39,651 bases of DNA from Escherichia phage MeretOppenheim_Bas102. The stretch lies in sequence record PQ850620.1; one strand, given 5' to 3'. Below the pieces are notes generated by a model. It made no database searches and was not told the DNA's origin. It was given only the letters and a program-made list of their open reading frames with translations. Positions 19,139 through 27,072 of the stretch are shown one piece after another. Numbering within the stretch: position 1 is the stretch's first letter; the number at the start of each line of letters is the position of its first letter. The translations under genes and the position numbers were made by a program.

Positions 19139-19739
19139 AAACTATTTCATTGTGCACATTAAATCTGGTGAACTCGGTGAAACCCTAATGGGGCAATACC
19201 GAGCCAAGCCATAGGGAGGATATATGAGAGGCAAGAAGTTAATTCTTGAGGCCACTGAGACTGGCTGTATCATCCCTACGTCACACAAACTTAATGCTGA
19301 TGGTTATTTCAGAAAGAAAACCAATGGCGTCTTGGAGATGTATCACAGAACGGTGTGGAAGGAGCATAATGGAGAAATACCTGAAGGCTCCGAGATAGAC
19401 CATAAGTGTCGCAATAGGGCTTGCTGTAACATAGAGCATTTACAGATGCTTGAAGGTACAGCCCACACTGTTAAGACCAATCGTGAACGCTACGCAGACA
19501 GAAAGGAAACAGCTAGAGAATACTGGCTGGAGACTGGATGTACAGGCCTAGCACTCGGTGAGAAGTTTGGTGTGTCGTTCTCTTCCGCTTGTAAGTGGAT
19601 TAGAGAATGGAAGGCGTAGAGACTATCCGAAAGGAGTAGGGCCGAGGGTGAGACTCCCTCGTAACCCGAAGCGCCAGACAGTCAACTCAAAGACTGATGA
19701 TATAGTCCGACACTCCTAGTAATAGGAGAATACAGAAAG
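19139..19739 (+). mobile_element. group I self-splicing intron (inferred) interrupting gene 5 at motif C
   Basis: 601-nt insertion starting after exon U19138 and ending with G19739; GTGCAC (19152-19157) pairs with exon end GTGCAT (19133-19138) giving P1 with U-G wobble at the splice site; TTTCAT (19146-19151) complements exon 2 start ATGAAA (19741-19746) = P10; GACTAT (19621-19626)/ATAGTC (19702-19707) candidate P7; exon frame restored exactly. Confidence 0.8.
19224..19619 (+). CDS. intron-encoded HNH (His-Me finger) homing endonuclease
   Basis: 131-aa ORF MRGKKLILEATETGCIIPTSHKLNADGYFRKK... with motif EIDHKCRNRACCNIEHL, own RBS GGGAGGA 4 nt upstream; lies wholly inside the inferred intron. 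Confidence 0.8.
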   Translation: MRGKKLILEATETGCIIPTSHKLNADGYFRKKTNGVLEMYHRTVWKEHNGEIPEGSEIDHKCRNRACCNIEHLQMLEGTAHTVKTNRERYADRKETAREYWLETGCTGLALGEKFGVSFSSACKWIREWKA

Positions 19740-19895
19740 GATGAAATCCAAGTAGGTTGCCGTACCGAAGAGATTGCTCAGGTTGTCATTGAGACTGCAC
19801 AAGAGGCAATGCGCTGGGTAGGAGACCACTGGAACTTCCGGTGTCTTCTGGATACCGAAGGTAAGATGGGTCCTAATTGGGCCGTATGTCACTGA
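19740..19895 (+). CDS. 5: DNA polymerase (gp5), exon 2 encoding residues 654-704
   Basis: in-frame continuation DEIQVGCRTEEIAQVVIETAQEAMRWVGDHWNFRCLLDTEGKMGPNWAVCH matching the conserved C-terminus of T7 DNA polymerase; spliced product 704 aa. Confidence 0.88.
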   Translation, partial: DEIQVGCRTEEIAQVVIETAQEAMRWVGDHWNFRCLLDTEGKMGPNWAVCH

Positions 19896-19914
19896 TTCTA
19901 TAGGAGAAATTATT

Positions 19915-20211
19915 ATGGCTATGACAAAGAAATTTAAAGTGTCCTTTGATGTTACCCTTAAGCTGGACAGCGAGACCGAAGAACTGATGCGAGAAAAGAT
20001 TCTGGACTTAGCACATCGTGCTGGTGCTGGTAAGGAGGTTGCGCCTATGGACCGAGAGTTGCTCGTTCAGGCTCTGACCAATGGGCCTGATGGCGCTGCT
20101 GCATTCGCTGTACGCCAAGGTCTACGTAAGGCTATCAAAGAGTTGTTCGAAGAGATGAGTGATGCGTCAATGTTCAAAGCGTCTCCTGCAACTGTACGGG
20201 AGGTGTTCTGA
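19915..20211 (+). CDS. 5.5: gp5.5 (H-NS binding protein in T7)
   Basis: 98-aa ORF MAMTKKFKVSFDVTLKLDSETEELMREKILDLAHRAGAGKEV... Confidence 0.88.
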   Translation: MAMTKKFKVSFDVTLKLDSETEELMREKILDLAHRAGAGKEVAPMDRELLVQALTNGPDGAAAFAVRQGLRKAIKELFEEMSDASMFKASPATVREVF

Positions 20212-20420
20212 TGTCTGACTATCTGAAAGTGCTGCAAGCAATCAAAAGTTGCCCTAAGACTTTCCAGTCCAACTATGTACGGAACAATGCGAGCCTTGTA
20301 GCGGAGGCCGCTTCCCGTGGTCACATCTCGTGTCTGACCACAAGTGGACGTAACGGTGGCGCTTGGGAAATTACTGCTTCCGGTACTCGCTTTCTGAAAC
20401 GAATGGGAGGTTGTGTATAA
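20211..20420 (+). CDS. 5.7: gp5.7
   Basis: 69-aa ORF MSDYLKVLQAIKSCPKTFQSNYVRNNASLVAEAASRGHISCLTTSGRNGGAWEITASGTRFLKRMGGCV; TGATG overlap with 5.5. Confidence 0.88.
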   Translation: MSDYLKVLQAIKSCPKTFQSNYVRNNASLVAEAASRGHISCLTTSGRNGGAWEITASGTRFLKRMGGCV

Positions 20421-20578
20421 TGTCTCGTGACCTTGTGACTATTCCACGCGATGTGTGGAACGATATGCAGGGCTACATCGACTCTCTGGAACGTGAGAAC
20501 GATAGCCTTAAGAACCAACTAATGGAAGCTGACGAATACGTAGCGGAACTAGAGGAGAAACTTAATGGCGCTTCTTGA
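20420..20578 (+). CDS. 5.9: gp5.9 (RecBCD inhibitor in T7)
   Basis: 52-aa acidic ORF MSRDLVTIPRDVWNDMQGYIDSLERENDSLKNQLMEADEYVAELEEKLNGAS; TAATG overlap with 5.7. Confidence 0.85.
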   Translation: MSRDLVTIPRDVWNDMQGYIDSLERENDSLKNQLMEADEYVAELEEKLNGAS

Positions 20579-21467
20579 CCTTAAACAATTCTACGAGTTA
20601 CGTGAAGGCTGTGATGACAAGGGTATCCTCGTGATGGACGGCGACTGGCTGGTCTTCCAAGCGATGAGTGCTGCTGAGTTTGATGCATCATGGGAGGAAG
20701 AGATTTGGCACCGCTGCTGCGACCACGCCAAGGCCCGTCAGATTCTTGAGGATTCCATCAAGTCCTACGAGACCCGCAAGAAGGCTTGGGTAGGTGCCCC
20801 GATTGTCCTTGCGTTCACCGATAGCGTTAACTGGCGTAAAGAACTGGTTGACCAGAACTACAAGGCTAACCGTAAGGCCACTAAGAAACCTGTAGGTTAC
20901 TTTGAGTTCCTTGATGCTCTCTTTGAGCGCGAAGAGTTCTATTGCATCCGTGAGCCTATGCTTGAGGGTGATGACGTTATGGGAGTTATTGCTTCCAATC
21001 CGTCTGCCTTCGGTGCTCGTAAGGCCGTAATCATCTCGTGCGATAAGGACTTTAAGACCATCCCTAACTGTGATTTCCTGTGGTGTACCACTGGTAACAT
21101 CCTTACTCAGACAGAAGAGTCCGCTGACTGGTGGCACCTCTTCCAGACAATAAAAGGTGACATCACCGATGGTTACTCAGGGATTGCGGGGTGGGGTGAT
21201 ACCGCCGAGGAGTTCTTGAATAATCCGTTCATTACCGAGCCTAAAACGTCTGTGCTTAAGTCTGGAAAGAACAAAGGCCAAGAGGTTACTAAATGGGTTA
21301 AACGCGACCCTGAGCCTCATGAGACGCTTTGGGACTGCATTAAGTCCATCGGTGCGAAGGCTGGTATGACCGAAGAGGATATTATCAAACAGGGCCAAAT
21401 GGCTCGCATCCTACGGTTCAACGAGTACAACTTTATTGACAAGGAGATTTACCTGTGGAGACCGTAG
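20565..21467 (+). CDS. 6: 5'-3' exonuclease (gp6)
   Basis: 300-aa ORF MALLDLKQFYELREGCDDKGILVMDGDWLVFQAMSAAEF... FEN/PIN-like exonuclease. Confidence 0.95.
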   Translation: MALLDLKQFYELREGCDDKGILVMDGDWLVFQAMSAAEFDASWEEEIWHRCCDHAKARQILEDSIKSYETRKKAWVGAPIVLAFTDSVNWRKELVDQNYKANRKATKKPVGYFEFLDALFEREEFYCIREPMLEGDDVMGVIASNPSAFGARKAVIISCDKDFKTIPNCDFLWCTTGNILTQTEESADWWHLFQTIKGDITDGYSGIAGWGDTAEEFLNNPFITEPKTSVLKSGKNKGQEVTKWVKRDPEPHETLWDCIKSIGAKAGMTEEDIIKQGQMARILRFNEYNFIDKEIYLWRP

Positions 21468-21568
21468 CGTATATTGGCATTGGTCTTTGTGGTCTCGGAG
21501 TGTGCCTCATTTCGTTGGGCCTTTGGGACTTAGCCCGAATAATCAAGTCGTTACACGACACTAAGTGA
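21455..21568 (+). CDS. 6.3: gp6.3 small protein
   Basis: 37-aa ORF from GTG overlapping 13 nt of gene 6 end, (M)ETVAYIGIGLCGLGVCLISLGLWDLARIIKSLHDTK; same size and overlap as I recall for T7 gene 6.3. Confidence 0.5.
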   Translation: METVAYIGIGLCGLGVCLISLGLWDLARIIKSLHDTK

Positions 21569-21632
21569 TAAACTCAAGGTCCCTAAATTAATACGACTCA
21601 CTATAGGGAGATAGGGGCCTTTATGATTATTA
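21566..21632 (+). promoter_or_regulatory. RNase III processing site R6.5 (predicted, spans phi6.5)
   Basis: AACTCAAGGTCC...GGGGCCTTTATGATTATT flanking the phi6.5 promoter. Confidence 0.45.
21589..21611 (+). promoter_or_regulatory. T7 RNAP promoter phi6.5
   Basis: exact consensus TAATACGACTCACTATAGGGAGA. Confidence 0.9.
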
Positions 21633-21665
21633 CTTTAAGATTTAACTCTAAGAGGAATCTTTATC

Positions 21666-21920
21666 ATGTTAACACCTATTCAACAACTACTTAAGAACCC
21701 TAACGATATTCCAGATGTACCTCGTGCAACCGCTGAGTATCTACAGGTTCGATTCAACCATGCGTATCTCGAAGCGTCTGGTCATATAGGACTTATGCGT
21801 GCTAATGGCTGTAGTGAAGCTCACATCTTGGGTTTCATTCAGGGACTACAGTATGCCTCTAACGTCATTGACGAGATTGAGTTACGCAAGGAACAACTAA
21901 GAGATGATGGGGAGGATTGA
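21666..21920 (+). CDS. 6.5: gp6.5
   Basis: 84-aa [87 protein letters not shown] downstream of phi6.5. Confidence 0.85.
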   Translation: MLTPIQQLLKNPNDIPDVPRATAEYLQVRFNHAYLEASGHIGLMRANGCSEAHILGFIQGLQYASNVIDEIELRKEQLRDDGED

Positions 21921-21924
21921 CCTT

Positions 21925-22191
21925 ATGTGTTTCTCACCGAAAGTTAAAGTTCCGAAGATGGATACCAATCAGATTCGAGCCGTTGAGCCAGCGCCTCTGA
22001 CCCAAGAAGTGTCAAGCGTGGAGTTCGGTGGGTCTTCTGATGAGACGGATACCGAGGGCACCGAAGTGTCTGGACGCAAAGACCTCAAGGTCGAACGCGA
22101 TGATTCCGTAGCGAAGTCTAAAGCCAAAGGTAATGGCTCCGCTCGTATGAAATCTTCAATCCGTAAGTCCGCATTTGGAGGCAATAAGTGA
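21925..22191 (+). CDS. 6.7: gp6.7 virion protein
   Basis: 88-aa ORF MCFSPKVKVPKMDTNQIRAVEPAPLTQEVSSVEFGGSSDETDTEGTEVSGRK...; start chosen at the Met matching T7 gp6.7, ORF frame opens at 21904. Confidence 0.85.
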   Translation: MCFSPKVKVPKMDTNQIRAVEPAPLTQEVSSVEFGGSSDETDTEGTEVSGRKDLKVERDDSVAKSKAKGNGSARMKSSIRKSAFGGNK

Positions 22192-22592
22192 TGTCTGAGT
22201 TCACATGTGTGGAGGCCAAGAGTCGCTTCCGTGCAATCCGGTGGACTGTGGAGCACCTTGGGTTGCCTAAAGGGTTCGAAGGGCGCTTTGTGGGCTACAG
22301 CCTCTACGTAGACGAAGTAATGGACATGTCCGGTTGTCATGAAGAGTACATTCTGGACTCTACCGGAAAACATGTAGCGTACTTCGCGTGGTGCGTAAGC
22401 TGTGATATTCACCACAAAGGAGACATTCTGGATGTAACGTCCGTTGTTATTAATCCTGAGGCAGACTCTAAGGGCTTACAACGATTCCTAGCGAAACGCT
22501 TTAAGAACCTTGCAGAACTCCACGATTGCAATTGGGTGTCCCGCTGTAAGCATGAAGGCGAGACAATGCGTGTATACTTTAAGGAGGTATAA
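22188..22592 (+). CDS. 7: gp7 host-specificity/virion protein
   Basis: ORF MMSEFTCVEAKSRFRAIRWTVEHLGLPKGFEGRFVGYSLYVDEVMD...; start may be the second ATG at 22191. Confidence 0.85.
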   Translation: MMSEFTCVEAKSRFRAIRWTVEHLGLPKGFEGRFVGYSLYVDEVMDMSGCHEEYILDSTGKHVAYFAWCVSCDIHHKGDILDVTSVVINPEADSKGLQRFLAKRFKNLAELHDCNWVSRCKHEGETMRVYFKEV

Positions 22593-22595
22593 GTT

Positions 22596-22898
22596 ATGGG
22601 TAAGAAAATTAAGAAGGCCGTGAAGAAAGTCACTAAGTCCGTTAAGAAAGTCGTTAAGGAAGTGGCCCGTCCTGTTAAACAGGTTGCCAGCGGTCTGGCT
22701 GGTGGTGCTGGTGAGGCACAGGTAGTGGAAGTACCAGCGGCTGCTGCAACTCCTGCTGCACAGATTGTTGACGTACCTGAGAAAGAGGTTTCCACTGAGG
22801 ACGAAGCACAGACCGAAAGCGGACGTAAGAAAGCCCGTGCTGGTGGTAAGAAGTCTTTGAGTGTGGCTCGTAGCTCTGGTGGAGGTATAAATATCTAG
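22596..22898 (+). CDS. 7.3: gp7.3 tail/adsorption protein
   Basis: 100-aa lysine/alanine-rich ORF MGKKIKKAVKKVTKSVKKVVKEVARPVKQVASGLAGGAGEAQ... Confidence 0.85.
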   Translation: MGKKIKKAVKKVTKSVKKVVKEVARPVKQVASGLAGGAGEAQVVEVPAAAATPAAQIVDVPEKEVSTEDEAQTESGRKKARAGGKKSLSVARSSGGGINI

Positions 22899-22912
22899 TC
22901 TTGGAGGTTGTC

Positions 22913-23305
22913 ATGGAGAATTGTATTGAGTGGACTAAAGGTACTAATCAGAAAGGTTATGGACGTAAGTGGGTGAACGGTAAACTGGTGTCTGCACATC
23001 GTCACGCTTACGAAGAAGTTCATGGTCCAATCCCACATGGTCTTGTTGTAATGCACCTCTGTGACAATCCTCGATGTTATAATGTGGAGCACTTGACTCT
23101 TGGGACACATGCGGACAATTCAGATGATAAAGTTCGGAAAGGTAGACAAGCCAGAGGAGAAACTCTCAGCAAGAAGCTAACAGCGAGCGACGTTTTGGAA
23201 ATCCGTAGCTTGACACTACCACACACCGAGATAGCCAAGATGTACGGTGTAAGTCAATCAACTATAACTCGCATAATTAGACGAGATACATGGAGGCATA
23301 TCTAA
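22913..23305 (+). CDS. 7.7: gp7.7 HNH (His-Me finger) homing-endonuclease-like protein
   Basis: 130-aa ORF MENCIEWTKGTNQKGYGRKWVNGKLVSAHRHAYEEVHGPIPHGLVVMHLCDNPRCYNVEHL...; canonical T7 position between 7.3 and portal gene. Confidence 0.85.
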   Translation: MENCIEWTKGTNQKGYGRKWVNGKLVSAHRHAYEEVHGPIPHGLVVMHLCDNPRCYNVEHLTLGTHADNSDDKVRKGRQARGETLSKKLTASDVLEIRSLTLPHTEIAKMYGVSQSTITRIIRRDTWRHI

Positions 23306-24915
23306 TGGCTGAGAAACGAACAGGACTTGCGGAGGATGGCGCTAAGTCTGTGTATGAGCGATTAAAGAACGACCGTGCTCCTTATGAGACACGCGCTCAG
23401 AATTGCGCTCAGTACACTATCCCTTCGTTATTCCCTAAAGACTCCGACAACGCCTCAACGGACTATACAACGCCGTGGCAAGCTGTAGGCGCTCGTGGTA
23501 TTAACAATCTAGCATCTAAATTAATGCTTGCACTATTCCCGATGCAAACATGGATGCGTCTTGCCATCTCAGAATATGAGGCCAAACAGTTACTCAACGA
23601 CCCAGATGCACTCGCTAAGGTCGATGAGGGTCTCTCGATGGTAGAGCGTATCATCATGAACTACATTGAGTCTAACAGTTACCGAGTGACTCTCTTTGAG
23701 GCTCTCAAACAGTTAGTCGTAGCTGGTAATGTCCTGCTGTACCTGCCGGAACCAGAAGGGTCGAACTACAATCCCATGAAGCTGTACCGATTGTCTTCTT
23801 ATGTGGTCCAACGAGACGCATTCGGCAACGTTCTGCAAATGGTGACTCGTGACCAGATAGCTTTTGGTGCTCTCCCTGAGGACATCCGTAAGGCTGTAGA
23901 AGGTCAAGGTGGTGAGAAGAAAGCTGATGAGACCATCGACGTGTACACTCACGTCTATCTGGATGAGGACTCAGGTGAATACCTCCGATACGAAGAGGTC
24001 GAGGGTATGGAAGTCCAAGGCTCAGATGGGACTTACCCTAAAGAGGCTTGCCCGTACATTCCGATTCGAATGGTTCGTCTGGACGGTGAATCCTATGGTC
24101 GTTCGTACATTGAGGAATACTTAGGTGACTTACGGTCCCTTGAGAATCTCCAAGAGGCCATCGTCAAGATGTCAATGATTAGCTCTAAGGTTATCGGCTT
24201 AGTGAATCCCGCTGGTATCACCCAGCCACGCCGACTGACCAAAGCTCAGACTGGTGACTTCGTTACTGGTCGTCCAGAAGACATCTCGTTCCTCCAACTG
24301 GAGAAGCAAGCAGACTTTACTGTAGCTAAAGCCGTAAGTGACGCTATTGAGGCTCGCCTTTCGTTTGCCTTTATGTTGAACTCTGCGGTTCAGCGCACAG
24401 GTGAACGTGTGACCGCCGAAGAGATTCGGTATGTAGCTTCGGAACTTGAAGATACTTTAGGTGGTGTCTACTCTATCCTTTCTCAAGAATTACAATTGCC
24501 TCTGGTACGAGTGCTCTTGAAGCAACTACAAGCCACGCAACAGATTCCTGAGTTACCTAAGGAAGCCGTAGAGCCAACCATTAGTACAGGTCTGGAAGCA
24601 ATTGGTCGAGGACAAGACCTTGATAAGCTGGAGCGTTGTGTCACTGCGTGGGCTGCTCTAGCTCCTATGCGCGATGACCCTGACATCAACCTTGCGATGA
24701 TTAAGTTGCGCATTGCGAACGCTATCGGTATTGACACTTCTGGTATCCTTCTTACCGAAGAACAGAAGCAACAGAAGATGGCCCAACAGTCTATGCAAAT
24801 GGGTATGGATAATGGTGCTGCTGCGCTGGCTCAAGGTATGGCTGCACAAGCTACAGCTTCACCTGAGGCTATGGCTGCTGCCGCTGATTCCGTAGGTTTA
24901 CAGCCTGGAATTTAA
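23305..24915 (+). CDS. 8: head-tail connector (portal) protein gp8
   Basis: 536-aa ORF MAEKRTGLAEDGAKSVYERLKNDRAPYETRAQNCAQYTIPSLFPKD...; TAATG overlap with 7.7; stop codon TAA doubles as start of phi9. Confidence 0.97.
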   Translation: MAEKRTGLAEDGAKSVYERLKNDRAPYETRAQNCAQYTIPSLFPKDSDNASTDYTTPWQAVGARGINNLASKLMLALFPMQTWMRLAISEYEAKQLLNDPDALAKVDEGLSMVERIIMNYIESNSYRVTLFEALKQLVVAGNVLLYLPEPEGSNYNPMKLYRLSSYVVQRDAFGNVLQMVTRDQIAFGALPEDIRKAVEGQGGEKKADETIDVYTHVYLDEDSGEYLRYEEVEGMEVQGSDGTYPKEACPYIPIRMVRLDGESYGRSYIEEYLGDLRSLENLQEAIVKMSMISSKVIGLVNPAGITQPRRLTKAQTGDFVTGRPEDISFLQLEKQADFTVAKAVSDAIEARLSFAFMLNSAVQRTGERVTAEEIRYVASELEDTLGGVYSILSQELQLPLVRVLLKQLQATQQIPELPKEAVEPTISTGLEAIGRGQDLDKLERCVTAWAALAPMRDDPDINLAMIKLRIANAIGIDTSGILLTEEQKQQKMAQQSMQMGMDNGAAALAQGMAAQATASPEAMAAAADSVGLQPGI

Positions 24916-24935
24916 TACGACTCACTATAGGGAGA
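24913..24935 (+). promoter_or_regulatory. T7 RNAP promoter phi9
   Basis: exact consensus TAATACGACTCACTATAGGGAGA; first TAA is the gene 8 stop. Confidence 0.9.
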
Positions 24936-25014
24936 CCTCATCTTTGAAATGAGCGATGACAAGAGGTTGGAGTCCTCGGTCTTCCTGTAGTTCAACTTTA
25001 AGGAGACAATAATA

Positions 25015-25938
25015 ATGGCTGAATCTAATGCAGACGTATATGCATCTTTTGGCGTGAACTCCGCTGTGATGTCTGGTGGTTCCGTTGAGGAACATGAGCA
25101 GAATATGCTGGCTCTTGATGTTGCTGCCCGTGATGGCGATGATGCAATCGAGTTAGCGTCCGACGAAGTGGAAACAGAACGTGACCTGTATGACAACTCT
25201 GACCCATTCGGTCAAGAGGATGACGAAGGCCGCATTCAGGTTCGTATTGGTGATGGCTCTGAGCCGACCGATGTGGACACTGGTGAAGAAGGCTTTGAGG
25301 ACACAGAAGGTTCCGAAGAGTTTACCCCGCTGGGTGAGACTCCAGAAGAACTGGTAGCTGCCTCTGAGCAACTTGGTGAGCACGAAGAGGGCTTCCAAGA
25401 GATGATTAACATTGCTGCCGAGCGAGGCATGAGTGTTGAGACCATTGAGGCTATCCAGCGTGAGTACGAGGAGAACGAAGAGTTGTCCGCTGAGTCCTAC
25501 GCTAAGCTGGCTGAAATTGGCTACACTAAGGCTTTCATCGACTCATACATTCGCGGTCAAGAAGCTCTGGTGGAGCAGTACGTAAACAGTGTCATTGAGT
25601 ACGCTGGTGGTCGTGAGCGTTTTGATGCGCTGTATAATCACCTTGAGACGCACAACCCTGATGCTGCACAGTCGCTGGACAATGCGTTGACCAATCGTGA
25701 CTTAGCGACCGTTAAGGCTATCATCAACTTGGCTGGTGAGTCTCGCGCTAAGGCGTTCGGTCGTAAGCCAACTCGTAGTGTGACTAATCGTGCTATTCCG
25801 GCTAAACCTCAGGCTACCAAGCGTGAAGGCTTTGCGGACCGTAGCGAGATGATTAAAGCTATGAGTGACCCTCGGTATCGCATAGATGCAAACTATCGTC
25901 GTCAAGTCGAACAGAAAGTAATCGATTCGAACTTCTGA
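25015..25938 (+). CDS. 9: capsid assembly (scaffolding) protein gp9
   Basis: 307-aa acidic ORF MAESNADVYASFGVNSAVMSGGSVEEHEQNMLALDVAARDGDDAIELASDEVE... Confidence 0.95.
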   Translation: MAESNADVYASFGVNSAVMSGGSVEEHEQNMLALDVAARDGDDAIELASDEVETERDLYDNSDPFGQEDDEGRIQVRIGDGSEPTDVDTGEEGFEDTEGSEEFTPLGETPEELVAASEQLGEHEEGFQEMINIAAERGMSVETIEAIQREYEENEELSAESYAKLAEIGYTKAFIDSYIRGQEALVEQYVNSVIEYAGGRERFDALYNHLETHNPDAAQSLDNALTNRDLATVKAIINLAGESRAKAFGRKPTRSVTNRAIPAKPQATKREGFADRSEMIKAMSDPRYRIDANYRRQVEQKVIDSNF

Positions 25939-25951
25939 TAGACTCTGAAAT

Positions 25952-25974
25952 TAATACGACTCACTATAGGGAGA
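25952..25974 (+). promoter_or_regulatory. T7 RNAP promoter phi10
   Basis: exact consensus followed by the gene 10 leader GGGAGACCACAACGGTTTC...AAGAAGGAGA. Confidence 0.92.
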
Positions 25975-26034
25975 CCACAACGGTTTCTCTCTAGAAATAA
26001 TTTTGTTTAACTTTCTTAAGAAGGAGACATACAT

Positions 26035-27072
26035 ATGGCTAACATGACTGGTGGACAGCAACTGGGTACTAACCAAGGTAAAGGCGTAAGTACTGGTTCC
26101 GATAAACTGGCGTTGTTCTTGAAGGTATTTGGCGGTGAAGTTCTGACTGCATTCGCTCGCACCTCTGTGACCACTTCTCGCCACATGGTCCGTTCCATCT
26201 CCAGCGGTAAATCCGCTCAGTTCCCTGTTCTGGGTCGCACTCAGGCAGCGTATCTGGCTCCGGGTGAGAACCTCGACGATAAACGTAAAGACATCAAACA
26301 CACCGAGAAGGTAATCACCATTGATGGTCTCCTGACTGCTGACGTTCTGATTTACGACATTGAGGACGCGATGAATCACTATGACGTTCGCTCTGAGTAC
26401 ACCTCTCAGTTGGGTGAATCTCTGGCGATGGCTGCGGATGGTGCGGTTCTGGCAGAGATTGCTGGCCTGTGTAACTTGACGAGCACCCTTAACGAGAACA
26501 TTGAGGGCCTAGGCGCTGCTACGGTAATTGCGACCACTCAGGAAAAGTCTGCACTTACCGACCAAGTTGCGCTGGGTAAGGAGATTATTGCAGCTCTGAC
26601 CAAGGCTCGTGCAGCTCTTACCAAGAACTATGTTCCGGCTGCTGACCGTGTGTTCTACTGCGACCCAGATAGCTACTCTGCGATTCTGGCAGCACTGATG
26701 CCGAACGCGGCAAACTACGCTGCTCTGATTGACCCTGAGAAGGGTTCTATCCGTAACGTTATGGGCTTTGAGGTTGTAGAAGTTCCTCACCTCACTGCTG
26801 GTGGCGCTGGCACCTCTCGCGCGGATACCACTAATCAGAAGCACTCCTTCCCTGCCGCTAATGACGGTGGTACTACCAAGGTGGCTAAGGATAACGTTAT
26901 CGGCCTGTTCATGCACCGCTCTGCGGTAGGTACTGTTAAGCTGCGTGACTTGGCTCTGGAGCGCGCTCGCCGTGCTAACTTCCAAGCGGACCAGATTATA
27001 GCTAAGTACGCAATGGGCCACGGTGGTCTGCGCCCAGAAGCTGCTGGTGCAGTGGTTTTCAAGACGGAGTAA
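26035..27072 (+). CDS. 10: major capsid protein 10A
   Basis: 345-aa ORF MANMTGGQQLGTNQGKGVSTGSDKLALFLKVFGGEVLTAFARTSVTTSRH... preceded by the strong phi10 leader/RBS AAGAAGGAGA. Confidence 0.98.
   Translation: MANMTGGQQLGTNQGKGVSTGSDKLALFLKVFGGEVLTAFARTSVTTSRHMVRSISSGKSAQFPVLGRTQAAYLAPGENLDDKRKDIKHTEKVITIDGLLTADVLIYDIEDAMNHYDVRSEYTSQLGESLAMAADGAVLAEIAGLCNLTSTLNENIEGLGAATVIATTQEKSALTDQVALGKEIIAALTKARAALTKNYVPAADRVFYCDPDSYSAILAALMPNAANYAALIDPEKGSIRNVMGFEVVEVPHLTAGGAGTSRADTTNQKHSFPAANDGGTTKVAKDNVIGLFMHRSAVGTVKLRDLALERARRANFQADQIIAKYAMGHGGLRPEAAGAVVFKTE

Noticed and set aside
19139-19739. Possibility that the gene 5 insertion is an intein rather than an intron
   Set aside because: The insertion contains an in-frame stop 22 nt after the junction, carries a separate RBS-driven ORF, and shows P1/P10 RNA pairings with U at the 5' splice site and G at the 3' end; an intein must be an uninterrupted in-frame fusion.
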